A stretch of 61,705 nucleotides of DNA, the filler included, from Sphacelaria rigidula (Eukaryota), in NCBI GenBank assembly GCA_964200075.2. It is 8 parts of 8 records of this genome, joined end to end, with 100 filler letters (N's around TTAATTAATTAA, not from the genome) between each part and the next. Parts side by side here need not be neighbours in the genome. Positions count along the whole stretch, not along the records: positions 1 to 7,627 come from CAXNAA020014039.1; positions 7,728 to 15,354 come from CAXNAA020014040.1; 6 more parts are not named here. One strand, given 5' to 3'. Within the stretch, counting starts at the first letter, position 1; each line of letters begins with the position of its first letter. The translations under genes and the position numbers were made by a program. The notes under the pieces are model-generated. The model was given only the letters and a program-made list of their open reading frames with translations, searched no databases and was not told the DNA's origin. Positions 1 through 12,096 of the stretch are shown here, one piece after another.

Positions 1-326
1 CTCCCTTTTGGGCAACTGGGCCGAAGAAATCGTGAATTTGGTGATTTTGAGTCGTGATGAGTTGTCCTAACCGTGGAAGTTTTTGAAACAGAGTATCCCT
101 TTGTCTTCGATATGCGGTGCAGACTGCCACTGCTGCGTAGTTCGTGCGTTTGAATCTTTGGCCCGTCGGACAGCGAGCATGTTGTAGTGCGATAGAAACG
201 ACAACTCTTGATATTTACGCGTATGCCTGGTCTGTTGTAAGTCCTTCCAAATTTTCTGTTTCTGTCTATCCATGGGTGTGCTATCGAACACCTGAAACAA
301 ACCCTCCACAAAGGTCACCATATGTG

Positions 327-390
327 ATTGGTTACTTGATTGATTGTCGCACTTTAACCGACCCCCCAGGGGTCCAGCCGTGGTCACATC
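327..390 (-). mobile_element. Heavily 5'-truncated LINE-like 3' end with (AATC)n-type tail, in CK2-beta intron
   Basis: GATTGATTGTCGCACTTTAACCGACCCCCCAGGGGTCCAGCCGTGGTC matches the copies at 12421 and 55961; microsatellite tail at one end, abrupt truncation at the other. Confidence 0.7.
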
Positions 391-516
391 TTGAGAATTT
401 AAAACAACCGGCAGAAGCATGTATTCACCACGACACAACACACTTTTCACTGAGTTCATGCCAAGCCCTCTCCATTCTCCCTTCCTCATACACGCACAAA
501 CACACGCCACACACAG

Positions 517-1492
517 GAGTGGACGGCGCGTATTTCGGAACCACCTTTCCCCACCTGTTTTTCATGACGTATGGGAACATAATTCCCGGCCCTCCGGAGC
601 AAAAGTTCGTTCCGAGAGTGTTCGGCTTCCGGGTGCACTCCTCGGCCGCCGGCGGCGCTTTTGCGCGTAGCCAGCACGCCAGCCAGCAGCAGCAGCAGGA
701 ATACCAGGAGCGATTGCGGGAGAGGCGGCGATTGAGAGCGGCAGACGCACTGGCGGCGGCGGCGACGGCGACGACCGCAACCGCGGCGGCGTTGCCAGTA
801 GTAAGAGCAGCCACAGCCGACGGTAGAGGAACAGAAATCTCCAGAACGGCCTCCAAGAGTTTCTCGGGGACGAAACTTGGATCACCGCGCGAAGGCGGCG
901 GTAATGGAGGCGGTGGTTCAGGTACAGCGGCAGCGGTGGCGAGGGTGATGCAGGGGGCAGCTGATTCTAGGGCAGACGTAGCTGGGGCAGGTTCCGGAAA
1001 AGCACCAGGGGACTCGAGTGTACGACGGAGCGATGAGCAAGTAGACCAAGAGCAATGTCAAACGGCGGCGTTGGCGGCGGTAGGAATGCAAGGGGTCGGC
1101 GCAGAAGATCCGGCGACGGGACAAGGTATGGGAGTAAGGGTCAAGGTTATGGGAAAGTGGGTGGATGAAGATCACCATGGTGATGACAACGGTTATGGTG
1201 CTGCTGCTGCAGGACGACGAGAGGGGACAGGGGAGATTGCGATGGCGGCGCCGCGGGATGGAGATGTACAGGGGGTGATCAGCGGGGAGCGAAGGCAGAC
1301 GTCGAGAGAAGAAAGGGAGAGAGTGGGGACTCCACGAGAGAAGAACGGATGCAGTGGTAGCGCTGAGTTATCCGCGGGAGATTGTGGCAAGGATGGTACG
1401 TTGGAGGCGGGAGAAGCGAGCGGTGCTGCTGCTGGATGTCAGGGAAGAGGGAGGAATGATGTTGCTCTTCTTGAGAATGGGGGCGCTGCGAG
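517..1492 (+). CDS. CSNK2B: Casein kinase II regulatory (beta) subunit: exon with conserved C-terminal core and start of a long extension (gene 5'-partial)
   Basis: Translation [17 protein letters not shown]...[11 protein letters not shown] is the CK2-beta C-terminal signature. Acceptor acacag at 511-516; donor AG|GTATGA at 1493 (if unspliced, stop at 1500-1502). Confidence 0.9.
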
Positions 1493-2837
1493 GTATGATT
1501 GACGAGCGTCGCACTCAGATATATGTATATAATAGGAATCTTTCTGATTTTGTGTACAAGTCTAGTAGTAAAGATTTCGGCGGTGTCAACGACGTCTCTT
1601 GCAGCTGGAGGAGTTGTCTCTTGCACTATTCAAGCCGTCGTATTGTCTCCGATTGCGATCGCGAAAGTCAGAGACCTCCTACTTCATTCCGCCGACGCCG
1701 CGTTCTGGTCGTTTCCTGCTGGTTTGGGTAAGCCGTTGCGTCTCCGGGTGTAGGCGTCCCCCCTCGTGCAACAGAGATATGGGTCCGCACGTGAGGCGTC
1801 TTGCTCAGTGGATTGTAGGGTGTCTCCGCCCGTGATACGGAAGAAGTTGAGCGATACTCTGAGCCCGACGTGCTGAGCACGGCTCTTTCCCCAGTGATGC
1901 TGCATCGTGAGTTGCCGCCATGCGCATCTCCCCTGATCTGGCAGTTTTCGCAAAATATTCGCTCTATCGGCAAAACGTGGCCAGCCGTTTTCGCTCCATT
2001 GCCGGTACTGACCCGAGCCGAAGGTGCAGCTAATCGTTCGCACCAGCGCCCGTCCCTGGGTGCCTCAGAAGTTGCGATTGTAGATCCGCGCAGGTGGCGG
2101 AGTGCGACATGTCCAGTGATTATTCAGTTATGTAGGCATTAATAAGTTATGCAACCTAATTTCTATCGGAGCTTTGGCGGTGGTCATACCCTCACTTGTC
2201 AAGAGTTTTTGACACTTTGAATTTTAACGCCGTTGAGATACGAGAAATCTTTCAGCAGTCGAGGGTCTTGTTGCACATCAAAGAAATCGAGTTTCAAAAA
2301 CATGGGCTCCGTGTGTGTTCATTTATTGTCACCAGTGTGAGGGACACGCTTGTGGTGTGTGTGAAGCACTTGTATCTCTTGGAATCAGTTTCCCATCGAT
2401 GATCAAACTACTGTTGAGGTCGATGTTCCTGAGTGCAACGTACATGCCACACCACCCCGATTTCACGTTTAGCGAGATCATGATCACTCGTAATTGGCGC
2501 GATGTCTGCGGTTGAGGCAGGCAACGTTGGGCTTTGTGTAGCTTGACGCTCCTCATCTTTGGTGGACACTCTGCAACACACGTGTGCCGCCGAGAAAGAG
2601 AGGGATCGTTGCGTAAGGAGTACAGTCATAGCCGCAATGCTGCCTTCGCGGACAACTCGAACTTCATCTGGTCCCCGAGAGTGCCTGCCTCTTGCTCGTT
2701 GCTGCGGTGTATACCAGGCCCGTAGGAAGGGATGGATGTCATGTTGAGAAAAACTACTTTTGAAGAGAGACATGTACGCACACGTAGGTCTTGCTCCGTA
2801 ACCTCTCCACCTCGTATGATACGACCAATTGTAGCAG

Positions 2838-3522
2838 GAAAGGTGAGGGGTGTGAGAAAGGAAGCGGACCAGACTACGGTCAACGGGCGTCGGCAGCGGC
2901 GATAAGGGGCGATGGAAATCGACCGGGGGACGGCAGCGGCCGGCTTTGTGAACGAGATGCATCCGCAGCAGCAGCATTAGGTCCAGCAGAAGGGCAATCC
3001 AACAGGCACAGCAGAGCAGGATCAACAGCAGCAGCCAGTGGGGCCATCTCTGCACTTGATTCAGGAAGGGGCGGCGGCGACGGTGCCACACTTAAGGGGC
3101 CAGCCTCAGGAGCTGCCGAAGGCAACAGCGAAGAACAGGAAGGAGATCGAAATACCAGTATCCAGGCGAGGGGTGCGGTAGAAGCTGCCGCTTGTGACAA
3201 GGTGGCCGAAAATGGCGACGGAAGTGGAAATGGGATTAGGCGCTGCGGAAGACCGTCGTCGTTATCGTCAGGTCCCGCTGCCGCAACAGCCGCCGCCATA
3301 GTCGTCGGCAGCGGCGGCAGCAGTTCCAGTCAAGACCGCGGATTGAAGCGGACGCCATCCAAAGACCTGGAAACACTCGATGGTATCGAGGATGAGGCAG
3401 CGGGTGGAAGTGGGACGGGGGCTTGTGTAGGGGGCAGGGGGCAAAGTAGCAGCAGGGCTGGCAGAGGGAAGGTTCCTCGTGTAATCGGAACACGTCAAGC
3501 CGTGGAACAACCGCGACTTTGA
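2838..3522 (+). CDS. CSNK2B: Probable terminal exon of CK2-beta (G/A/S-rich low-complexity tail)
   Basis: TTGTAGCAG tandem acceptor (2834/2837) is phase-2 compatible with the donor at 1493. Frame open for 227 codons, composition like the preceding exon, stop at 3520-3522. Confidence 0.65.
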
Positions 3523-6500
3523 CTGCGGAGGGGCACGAGTAGCAGGAAGACGAAGAGGGATCCGCTTGCGTGACAGTGACGGGGAAGCGGAACGGGGGGG
3601 GGGGGGGGGGGGGGGGGGGCGGGGGGTTTATAGGGGGGGGGGGGGGGCTTGTAGATGTGCGGGGGGGGGAGCCCAGTTTCGGCGAAGGGGGGGGTGCACT
3701 ACGCATGAAAGGAGAGCACGAGGTGGTGATCGGTTCGAAACATTGTGATGATGTGATGACCATGTACACTGGGGGTCCCACTGTCGTGCATGGGGGTGGT
3801 TGCGAACCGGTATGCATCCGCTCTGTGATTGAATCCTGCACTATGTCGGCATCGTAGAATTGTTTGAATTTACTGTAGCGGGTCCGACTTGTGGCCCAAT
3901 CGTAATTTTGACCGCACGATGGTGGGAGTACCACTTTCTAAGCGACCGTACTGTGGCGTCGAGCGTGTGTGCCGTATAACCCTAGTACCAGTGACATGTT
4001 GCCTGGGATGCGAGGGTAGACGACGGGACAGACTAGAAACAGTTTGAGAGAAGGGCGAGAGTGCATGCATAGTGAGAGGTTGGAGAGAGTGGCTTCTTGT
4101 GTGGGCGCAAGCAAGCGATTGTGGTTGGGGGCGAGGGAGGGAAGGGAGGGGAGAGTTGCGGACGCAATTTATTTTGTCAAGTTCATTGGACGTCGTGTCG
4201 TAATTCTCGTGATTGTTACTGTTGGCGTGTGGGATTGCTGTCTGTGCCGTGTATGTTTGTGTGTATGTGTGTGTGTTTATTGTGTTGGGTATGGCTGAAA
4301 ACGCGCATTATCAGGTTCTTTTTTTTTCGGTCCGTACACGCGAATATATACGACCAGCGCAAGATTAGGTCGACCTCCGTTGCAGTGTTTCCAATGTATT
4401 GTATGCGCGGGTCTTCCCTTTGAGAAGAGTCAAGCAAAGGGTTGCTCGATTTTTGTCAAGTAGTGTTCTTCGTTTTTTTATTCTTTTTAGTTTCAGCTGC
4501 GCTCAATCCGCTCAAATCGAGCACACACCCGGACACGCGAGATATAAGATACTTCCGAGGGAGCCCACGTGCATCGAAATTTGCAGGTGCGGGGGGTTCG
4601 GTCGCAAACACGATTCCCGCCCACCGCGCGCACAAAGGAGTGTTTGAAAAGACAAGCGCAAGGGCATGAATACCAATGCTGCAATCAATCTGTCCCAATG
4701 CACAGTAAGGAGCCATTTCGAGTGAACTGAGTTCTCTGGTCAGCCGCCTGTTATACGCCCGAAGGCCTGGCGGTGAGAAACGCTCTTTCTGTTCGGGACC
4801 CTAACTCCTGATTTTTAAGGGCGTGAGTCGTTCATTTTTCGCTGTGTTGTATCGTAGCCTCTCCTATCTCATTGTGTGTTCAGTGTCCAGCTGGGCATCG
4901 AGATTGACAACTTGTTCCTGCTTGCACGCGCGTGTAATAGTGATGTTAACTACAGAGTTTTTGAGGACACTGGGACCAGGTCGCTGATGCATTGTCATCT
5001 GCCGAGCTTTGCCATATATGGGAATTGATGTCCAAGGCACAACTTGAATGCCTCACAGTCTTGTTCCCTATCTTTCATGATTTCTCTTGAAAGTCTCAGC
5101 GTGATCCAGCGTGCTTTTTTCCACGAGCATTGTTTAATTACCTGATAGCGGATTGGGTCTAGAGTAGTGCCTCTTGAACCGATGTCCAACTATTTCACTA
5201 CTGTTCGGCGAAAAGGTTTGGTACTCCCGTTGAGGAAACTCGTCGGATAGAAAGGTGAACTGGCACGTAGTTTGCTGAATGATGAAAAATGTCAGGAAAT
5301 CTGATAGACCGATATCCCTTGGTCAACGGCTGACGTGATCCACGGCCCTTTGGAGCCGAGGGACTTTTGTACATGCTTGACGTCGTCGCACGCGCTGGTA
5401 TACCTTCAGCCCACTGTGTACTGTACTGTATGTAGTGACTGATCGGTTGTTGGTTTGCGTTGATTGTTTTGGTACGTTTTCATATTCAATTAATAAATAC
5501 ATTTAAGGGATTAACCGAAAGTATGCTTCGAAGTTTTACTCGTAGTGCCCAATACCGCACGAGCCCGGCGTAAAATTTTCACGGTATCTGTTTTTTACAT
5601 CACTTCAGTATGTACACTCACGTACATATTTGTGCAGGATGAAAGTATGTCTCCACATGCTATCACCACTACACTACTAGTGGTGGTATTACCGCTACAT
5701 GGTCTAGTCGGTACCCCAATGCGAGGATTCTGCATTATGGCGAAGACATGTATCCGTTGTGTGTGCAGCTTGACAAAATATTGATCAAATATTATCCTTG
5801 TCGATCATGTACATACATTTATCATTCGTGATATAAATATATTCGTGATGCTTTATGTCACATCAACGTCGGCAACTACTGTAAAGATTTCTACTGTTTA
5901 CCGGGCGAAAGGGGGCACAACTGCCCATGCTGCCACTGGTAATGAGCATGATGTAATATGCTGTAACCAAATCGTACATCTGAAACACGACTGACTTGAC
6001 GGACGCAGCATGCGCATGACTCGAGGTGATTTTTTAGGTTCTTCGTTGTGCTCAAGAGCACCCTCGCGATTTCCCACCTTTTTCGTCGTTTACTTCATGC
6101 GCCTCGCCCATCCTCGTAACATTACGTGCTGACGTGCCATCGCATACATCAATGCACCATGGGGAAATGTTGTTCTTGGGCTGTACAGTAGTGGGCGGTC
6201 TGACTATTTTGGGGCTTTTGGAGGTTTTCCTTGCTAGTGTCGGTAGATTTTGGTACAACAAAGCAGATCATCCTCGAAACACAGTGCCTGAGTCAGTGTT
6301 CGTTGGTGTTATCAGGCGAAACGAGTAAATACCCCGTTCATCAGGAGGGTGTTATTGATCGTGAAACACAGTTTTTAGGCCCTACTGCGATGAGTAGGTA
6401 GAATTTCGAGAAAATACAGCCGTACATTTCTTCACAACTATGATCGGAACAGGCTCGATCGACCGAAAACACAGAACAGTAAGAATCTGGGCTGAAACGT

Positions 6501-7029
6501 GGCAGGACCCCCGATGACCGTTCAGCCCGTAAGTCACTCAACATTGAGTACAGATGATTTTTTCTTCTTGGGATGTGAAGCGGATACAAACATCTTCAGA
6601 TCCCCGATGTGATAGGCGGTGGCAAGCGAAAAGAGCCCAAGAAAACCGCCAATTATGAAAAAATTACAAAATGCCGCCACAAAATGAACAGTTAGACCGA
6701 CCGCCCACTACTGTAGCGCTCAGGTAAGAGCCGCACCTGCTTTAATCGGTCAGAGATGTCTTTGAAGCAGCGTTGGCGTTTTGGAAGCCAGCCTTTTGTT
6801 ATAACACTGAGTTACACCCGCGAAAGTTGCGACGATGATTAGCAATTAGCTGTCGGCCTATCTGGATTTTGTTCGTTGTTATGCAGCACCAAATAAATGA
6901 CTAACGATAATCGCGCAATCTAAATAATATTCGTAGATTTCTCTGCTTCGCAACCGCGCTTCCATTTTTTTGTTTCTTCTCCTTTGTTAAGCTAGTTGGT
7001 ATGTATAAAAAAAATATAGCCTGTTGAAA

Positions 7030-7135
7030 AGTGCTTTTTTTACCCTTCTCCGTCGTTTTTGCCCCGAAAAGAAGGCTCGGCAGATGTTGACACCTGAGAC
7101 CGTTCCAGAGCACCTTTGCGTTTTCCGTAGGTCAT
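7030..7135. mobile_element. Internally deleted arm of the Harbinger-like MITE family seen at 21722-22194
   Basis: CCCTTCTCCGTCGTTTTTGCCCCGAAAAGAAGGCT...GAGACCGTTCCAGAGCACCTTTGCGTTTTCCG aligns by eye with 21775-21890. Confidence 0.55.
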
Positions 7136-7474
7136 AGTGTAATGCGTGAGAAGACCGCGAACTCAGAGGACCGCACCGTAGCTCGAAACACCTCAGTATC
7201 GACGTTTTCCAAAACCAATCGGACCAGTCCCTGCAGGTACCACGCCGCTGACCCCAACCCCAACCATAGGGCAGAGATGTTCAACTTCCAACGCGGTCCT
7301 CTCACGCATTACAACTGTTTCGTTCTTGGCCAAAAAAAAGACAGTACAAACAGACTGCTGTACAACAGTGGCGGCCTGTACTGTGCAGATGGTGTGTGTT
7401 TCGCACAGCATGCGGGCGCGATGTGGGAAAGAGGCTGGCAACGCGACACAAAGCAGATTTGACAGACAGCACAG

Positions 7475-7612
7475 AACAGCGGATCCTAATTTTTGGGGTT
7501 GAAACAAAAAATGAGGTTGAAGTCGCATTTCTCTTTTAACACGGGATCTTACAAATTAACAGCCGATCCTAATTTTTGGGGTTGAAACATAATATAAGGT
7601 TGAAGTCCCATC
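7475..7612. repeat. Tandem duplication of an ~82-bp unit; related sequence at 43842-43870
   Basis: AACAGC(G/C)GATCCTAATTTTTGGGGTTGAAACA...AGGTTGAAGTC occurs twice. Confidence 0.75.
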
Positions 7613-7627
7613 CCTCCATTGCAGGGA

Positions 7628-7727
7628 NNNNNNNNNNNNNNNNNNNNNNNNNNNNNNNNNNNNNNNNNNNNTTAATTAATTAANNNNNNNNNNNNNNNNN
7701 NNNNNNNNNNNNNNNNNNNNNNNNNNN
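7628..7727. other. Artificial contig-join linker
   Basis: N44-TTAATTAATTAA-N44 (stops in all six frames). Confidence 0.97.
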
Positions 7728-10269
7728 TGCATCCAACAGTCACCGTGATGAGCGGTGGCAAGCAAAACAAATTTGGACAATCTTTGAGAAACAAATGACT
7801 GGTTATTCACTAGATATAGCACGCGGTAGAACTGTAAAACGCCCACCCACGGTCAAGTCAGTGAGGTAGAAAAACTGGCGTTGAGTGAAATAGCACTGAC
7901 TACTGTACTTGGACGTAAGTCTTAGGGAGATGGGGACGAATTTCGTCATTTCTTGGCTCAGTGCACGTTAAGGGGAGAGCGCGAGCTCCGAAGTACACGG
8001 CCATCGTTGTTTGACCTGAACTTGGCAGTGTCCGGCGAGAGGCTAAGAATACCATCTTCCCTTTTCCTCGACAGCGGGAAAACAATGATGTCGGCATGCT
8101 TCGGAGCTTTTTCCACAGTGTGTATACTTCAGAATCTTTCCTACCGAAGTTTACCAGCCGCTCTTGGGCTACACCAAGTTTTTCCGCGATAGTCCCCCCC
8201 CTGCGCGGGCAAAAGAAAAACAGCGGTATAATGGTGCGACCAGGGAAGAGCGATGCATGCCTCAGGGTCCCGAAGCATCGTGCACGGTAAAACCCTTCCG
8301 CTCACGGTGAACTCGGCAAGGCGAGAAACGGGTGGTGGAATAACCCTAACTAAAGCTTGACGTTCGGAGATCGTTTTGACTCTACCTTGATGCAGTTCAG
8401 AAATCGAATTTAACTGTACTTTAATGTAGTTCGGAGATCGGAAACACATTTTCGTACTTTTTGGACTTGAGTATCTCTCAGTGTTATTCCTTTTCAATGT
8501 TATGGAAGCTTTCGTCACAGTGAGGTGTACGTTCTTTAAGATGAAGTCATGTTCCGCAGTTTTAATTATCTCGAGCTCAAACAGGAGGTCATCGTGGGAA
8601 GAGGGTTGGGCACCCTTAACTTCAACAGTTCGCTTCACGGGCGATGCTCCACATGGGAGAAAGCTGCATGACGCATGAGATTTGTTACAGCACATGTAAC
8701 AGACGGTGTTCGCTGAAAATATATCTGTATCCACTAGAACAGGGCGAAGTAGGTGCTCTCTAGATGCGAAACCCACTCTGTGCGCATCGGTCTTGGAACA
8801 CACATCCTTTTCTGCTGTACATGAAATATCATATGCTGTTTGCTGCTGTGTTCGACACTGCGTACCAACCGCGGCGTTACGCCTTCGGCGGTACTATCTG
8901 CTCACTGTAGAGCGGCAGGGTGCAGGGTGACAAAGCACATCGCAGGATGTCACATCCCCAGCCTATCCCTGTGCTGCATTGATTTCGCGCTGTCCTACGC
9001 AGTTCGCCACATCATGCACGCGACCGCTTGTATCTACGGTCAACGTGTACGCGGGATATCACCCCTCGCTACACCCTGTATCGCTACTACATATTTTGTA
9101 AAGATCTCCGTGTTGCAGCCAGCTACAGTGTGCGTTTGCCCCAGGTAGCGCACGCAGGAGTGGAAGGCCACCTCCGCTGCTGTAATGGCTGCCTGTATCT
9201 TGGGCGAAGCTGTATGGTATTACAGCCGCCATGGCGCGAAAGCCGCCTGTAGCATTTCGTACCCTGGAGATTTTCACACACTGTTGTCTCGAAGTGTAGA
9301 GTTGCAGTTACCGACTTGAGGTACGAGTATTACACAAAGTACAGCCGGCAATATGTTGTATACTGTGCGCAGTACACTTTTGATGTCGTGTTCGTACTGA
9401 CTGTGGAATCTTCGTCCATGGCTTACCACATATAATGCAGGATCCGGTACATTTACACATATAGTCGAGCGCGGTGACGGTGGAAAATCCACGACATGTG
9501 AGCGAACTACAGGTGAGGCAATCGCCAAAACTTTCACCTGCAAGCTCTGCTCCATTGCACTGTAAGTTGATCTCGCTAGAAGAACACTACCATAACTACC
9601 TCGCCGGGTGCTAGGCTGCCAGGATTTTGAATCCGCTAGCATTGCTGCTGTCTACACGGGGATGTTGCCCACTTGTCGGGTACGTGGGAAAGGGTCCATA
9701 GCAGAACGCAGCGGTCGCGTGAGAGAAGCTCAACCTTGACGTGTCGAGCTTTTCGGACCGGCAAACGTTCAGCCTAGACTCTCACACATATGGTGGGGCC
9801 TAGATGCTGCTTCTTTTCTGGTTTTCTGCGCGCACCCATCCCTAACTGGGCGAAGTTTGACGATGAAGCCGGAGGTATCCGTTGCGGTCTGCGAGCCTGA
9901 CCGAAGTTGTACCCACTATGATCGTCATCAGACAGGAGGTGATGAATAAAAATAGAATCTGGTGGGAATAGTACCCACCGTTTCAATGCAGACCGGACCC
10001 CAGCGCCTTGTGCAGCCACGGCTGCCACTCCGACACCTTGCTGTAGACCAATCAACACACCCTCCAAGTTACGGTGTCATCACAAACGAGGTGTGCATTT
10101 TCTTGGCGTCTAACCTTCAAAAACACCGCCTCCATAACATCGAAAAGGGATCACAATGATCTATTTTGTGGGAAGAACTCAACAATGCACGACCTTCGTT
10201 GTTTTAGTCGTAACTGTTCAGAGAGAGCACGAATATGACGTATGAGCTTCTCCGGAACCTTCAGGTTAA

Positions 10270-10411
10270 CCCTTTAAGAACTCAAGTGCTGATTCTTGTT
10301 TTGTGAATCTTTGTGAATCGGCATCATTTTGNNNNNNNNNNAATGACTGAAAATGATGCCGATTCACCAAAACAAAAATCAGCACTCCCTGGGGGTCTAG
10401 TTCCAAAAGGG
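10270..10411. mobile_element. piggyBac-like MITE, subfamily 2 (fold-back; contains a 10-N gap)
   Basis: TTAA at 10266-10269 and 10412-10415; ends CCCTTT..GAACT / AGTTCCAAAAGGG; inverted GAATCGGCATCA motif in both arms. Confidence 0.75.
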
Positions 10412-10627
10412 TTAAGGTACGCTTCCCGCCGGGTTCGGGTACAGACCTAGGTTCAGGTACAGGTGAACGGGAAGAAAACAAGAAGCATGTATACCTACGA
10501 GCTGGGCGGGCCTCAAAACTGCAACTGCTTCCAACAAACATATCTCAAGAACCGCGGCGACACATCGCAAAGTAAACATATCCCTGTAATCGGGAGATCG
10601 CCAAGCGTGTGCTCCGACAGCTCTTAA

Positions 10628-10725
10628 CCCTTAGACCGCGAGATTAGTCTTTCTGGATCATGCATACTGTTTTTCACTTAAAATTGATGCCGATTCAACA
10701 GAAGACTAACCTCGCGGTCTAAGGG
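10628..10725. mobile_element. piggyBac-like MITE, subfamily 1 (98 bp)
   Basis: TTAA on both sides; 24-bp TIR CCCTTAGACCGCGAG(A/G)TTAGTCTT with one mismatch. Confidence 0.9.
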
Positions 10726-10729
10726 TTAA

Positions 10730-11426
10730 TGCACTTGATGGTGTTCATACGAAAGAAAAAGTCGTGTGCCGAAATATACTGGGTTAAGTGTTGGGCGAAA
10801 CGGTGGTCTATCGGTATGGTCAGACTGTTACTACCAGGGTGCAGCGAACGTGGGTTCGGGCTCCCCCAGATGCATTTTGATTTCTCCTTCGAAATATGTG
10901 ATTTCCACCATAGAAGACGTGAGGGACGGGAAGAGAGATGGGTTGGTCCCTTGAGACCGTGACTCGTCCGGAGGAGGGAGAGAGGTTCAGGATGTGAAAA
11001 AGATGAAGGTCGTGTGTCGACAAGAGTGTGACGAGAAAACAAGTTCGTGTGCCAACAATATACTAGGTTGACCCTTACACCGCGATAGTAGGTAGTCTGT
11101 TGAATCGGTATCAATTTCACCTGAACAAAGTATGCATGATCCAGACGGGCTACCCTCGCGGTCTCCGAGCTAAGTACCACACGTGCCCAAATATTCGCCA
11201 GGAGGAATTCGCCGGTGATTCAGTCACGTATGATAGCTTTGATGGGACAATGAAATATGTCAACGTCTGCGTAACGTGAGATTTAACCAATGGGTCGGCG
11301 GTATCCGCATGCACGAGGCCCACACTCCGACCGGGTGCGTTATACTTTCTGTACTACACTGAACGCTCCCTTGGCTGCTCCGTCTCCTCTCGGAATAAAA
11401 TTATCGCGAGAATCCTCATCTTCTCA
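10730..11426 (+). mobile_element. ~600-bp element with tRNA-like head (SINE-like), copy 1, interrupted by a MITE
   Basis: A-box-like TGGTCTATCGG (10804) and B-box-like GGTTCGGGCTCC (10853) followed by AGATGCA; body is the diverged reverse complement of 11500-12096. Confidence 0.7.
11072..11169. mobile_element. piggyBac-like MITE subfamily 1, degenerate copy nested in the tRNA-headed element
   Basis: TTGA-CCCTTACACCGCGA...CTCGCGGTCTCCGAG-CTAA. The other host copy has an empty site (ACTTAACCTAGG at 11761). Confidence 0.75.
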
Positions 11427-11499
11427 TCAAAGCTGTCGTAGTGCGTGGAACAATCGCTCGCACTATCTCGCGTAAGAATGTTGCGCCGGGTTCGCCCTC

Positions 11500-12096
11500 C
11501 AGAATGATCCCGTAATAATATTGTTCCGAAAGGAGGGATGCCTTCAAGGGAGCGCTATATTTGTAGTACAGAGAGTACAATGCACTTGGTGGGAGTGTGA
11601 GACTCGTGCATGTGTGCAACCTCATGCTGCGCTAAAGTTGAGATATTTCATCATCCCACCAAGGCAGAATCGCCGGCACTTTTCCCTTGCCGAATATTTG
11701 GGCACGTGGTGCGGGTAACACTTGGGTACGTGCTGTACGTAAAATTTGGGAACGTGCTGTACTTAACCTAGGATGCTATCGGCACCCATCTTTTTGTTGT
11801 TGTCGTCACACTCTATCGACAGACAATTTTTTATTTTACTTTATTATTTGTCACACTCTACATCCCTCTCCTTCCTCGGGACGGGTGCACAGTCTCAAGG
11901 GCCAATCCGTCTCTCTTGACTTCCTCACGCTTTTGACGGTGAAAATCATACTTCCCCAAGAAAAAGAAGTGCATTTGACGGGAATTGAACCCGTGTTGTC
12001 CCCACCCTCACGTTGACAATCTGACCAGTAGCTACCGGGGCACTTTCTTCATTCACGCGAATACATTGAAACGTCGATGCGCAACTCGATTTCTTG
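11500..12096 (-). mobile_element. tRNA-headed element, copy 2, convergent with copy 1
   Basis: Minus strand has B box GGTTCAATTCC (11991-11981) followed by CGTCAAATGCA; body aligns to 10730-11426. Confidence 0.7.

Noticed and set aside
3236..3934. Pro-rich/Gly-rich ORFs over G/C homopolymers (also 15107-15620, 39346-39886, 55429-55909)
   Set aside because: Translations of homopolymers, microsatellites or antisense of real exons
6134..6328. Short ORF with a hydrophobic stretch as a small membrane protein
   Set aside because: No family resemblance, codon bias or splice support
7672..7683. Periodic TTAATTAATTAA palindrome every ~7.7 kb as a biological repeat
   Set aside because: Always centred in exactly 44+44 N; it is an assembly spacer
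10795..10875. Functional tRNA gene (also 11965-12045)
   Set aside because: No closable cloverleaf, and embedded in a longer repeated element
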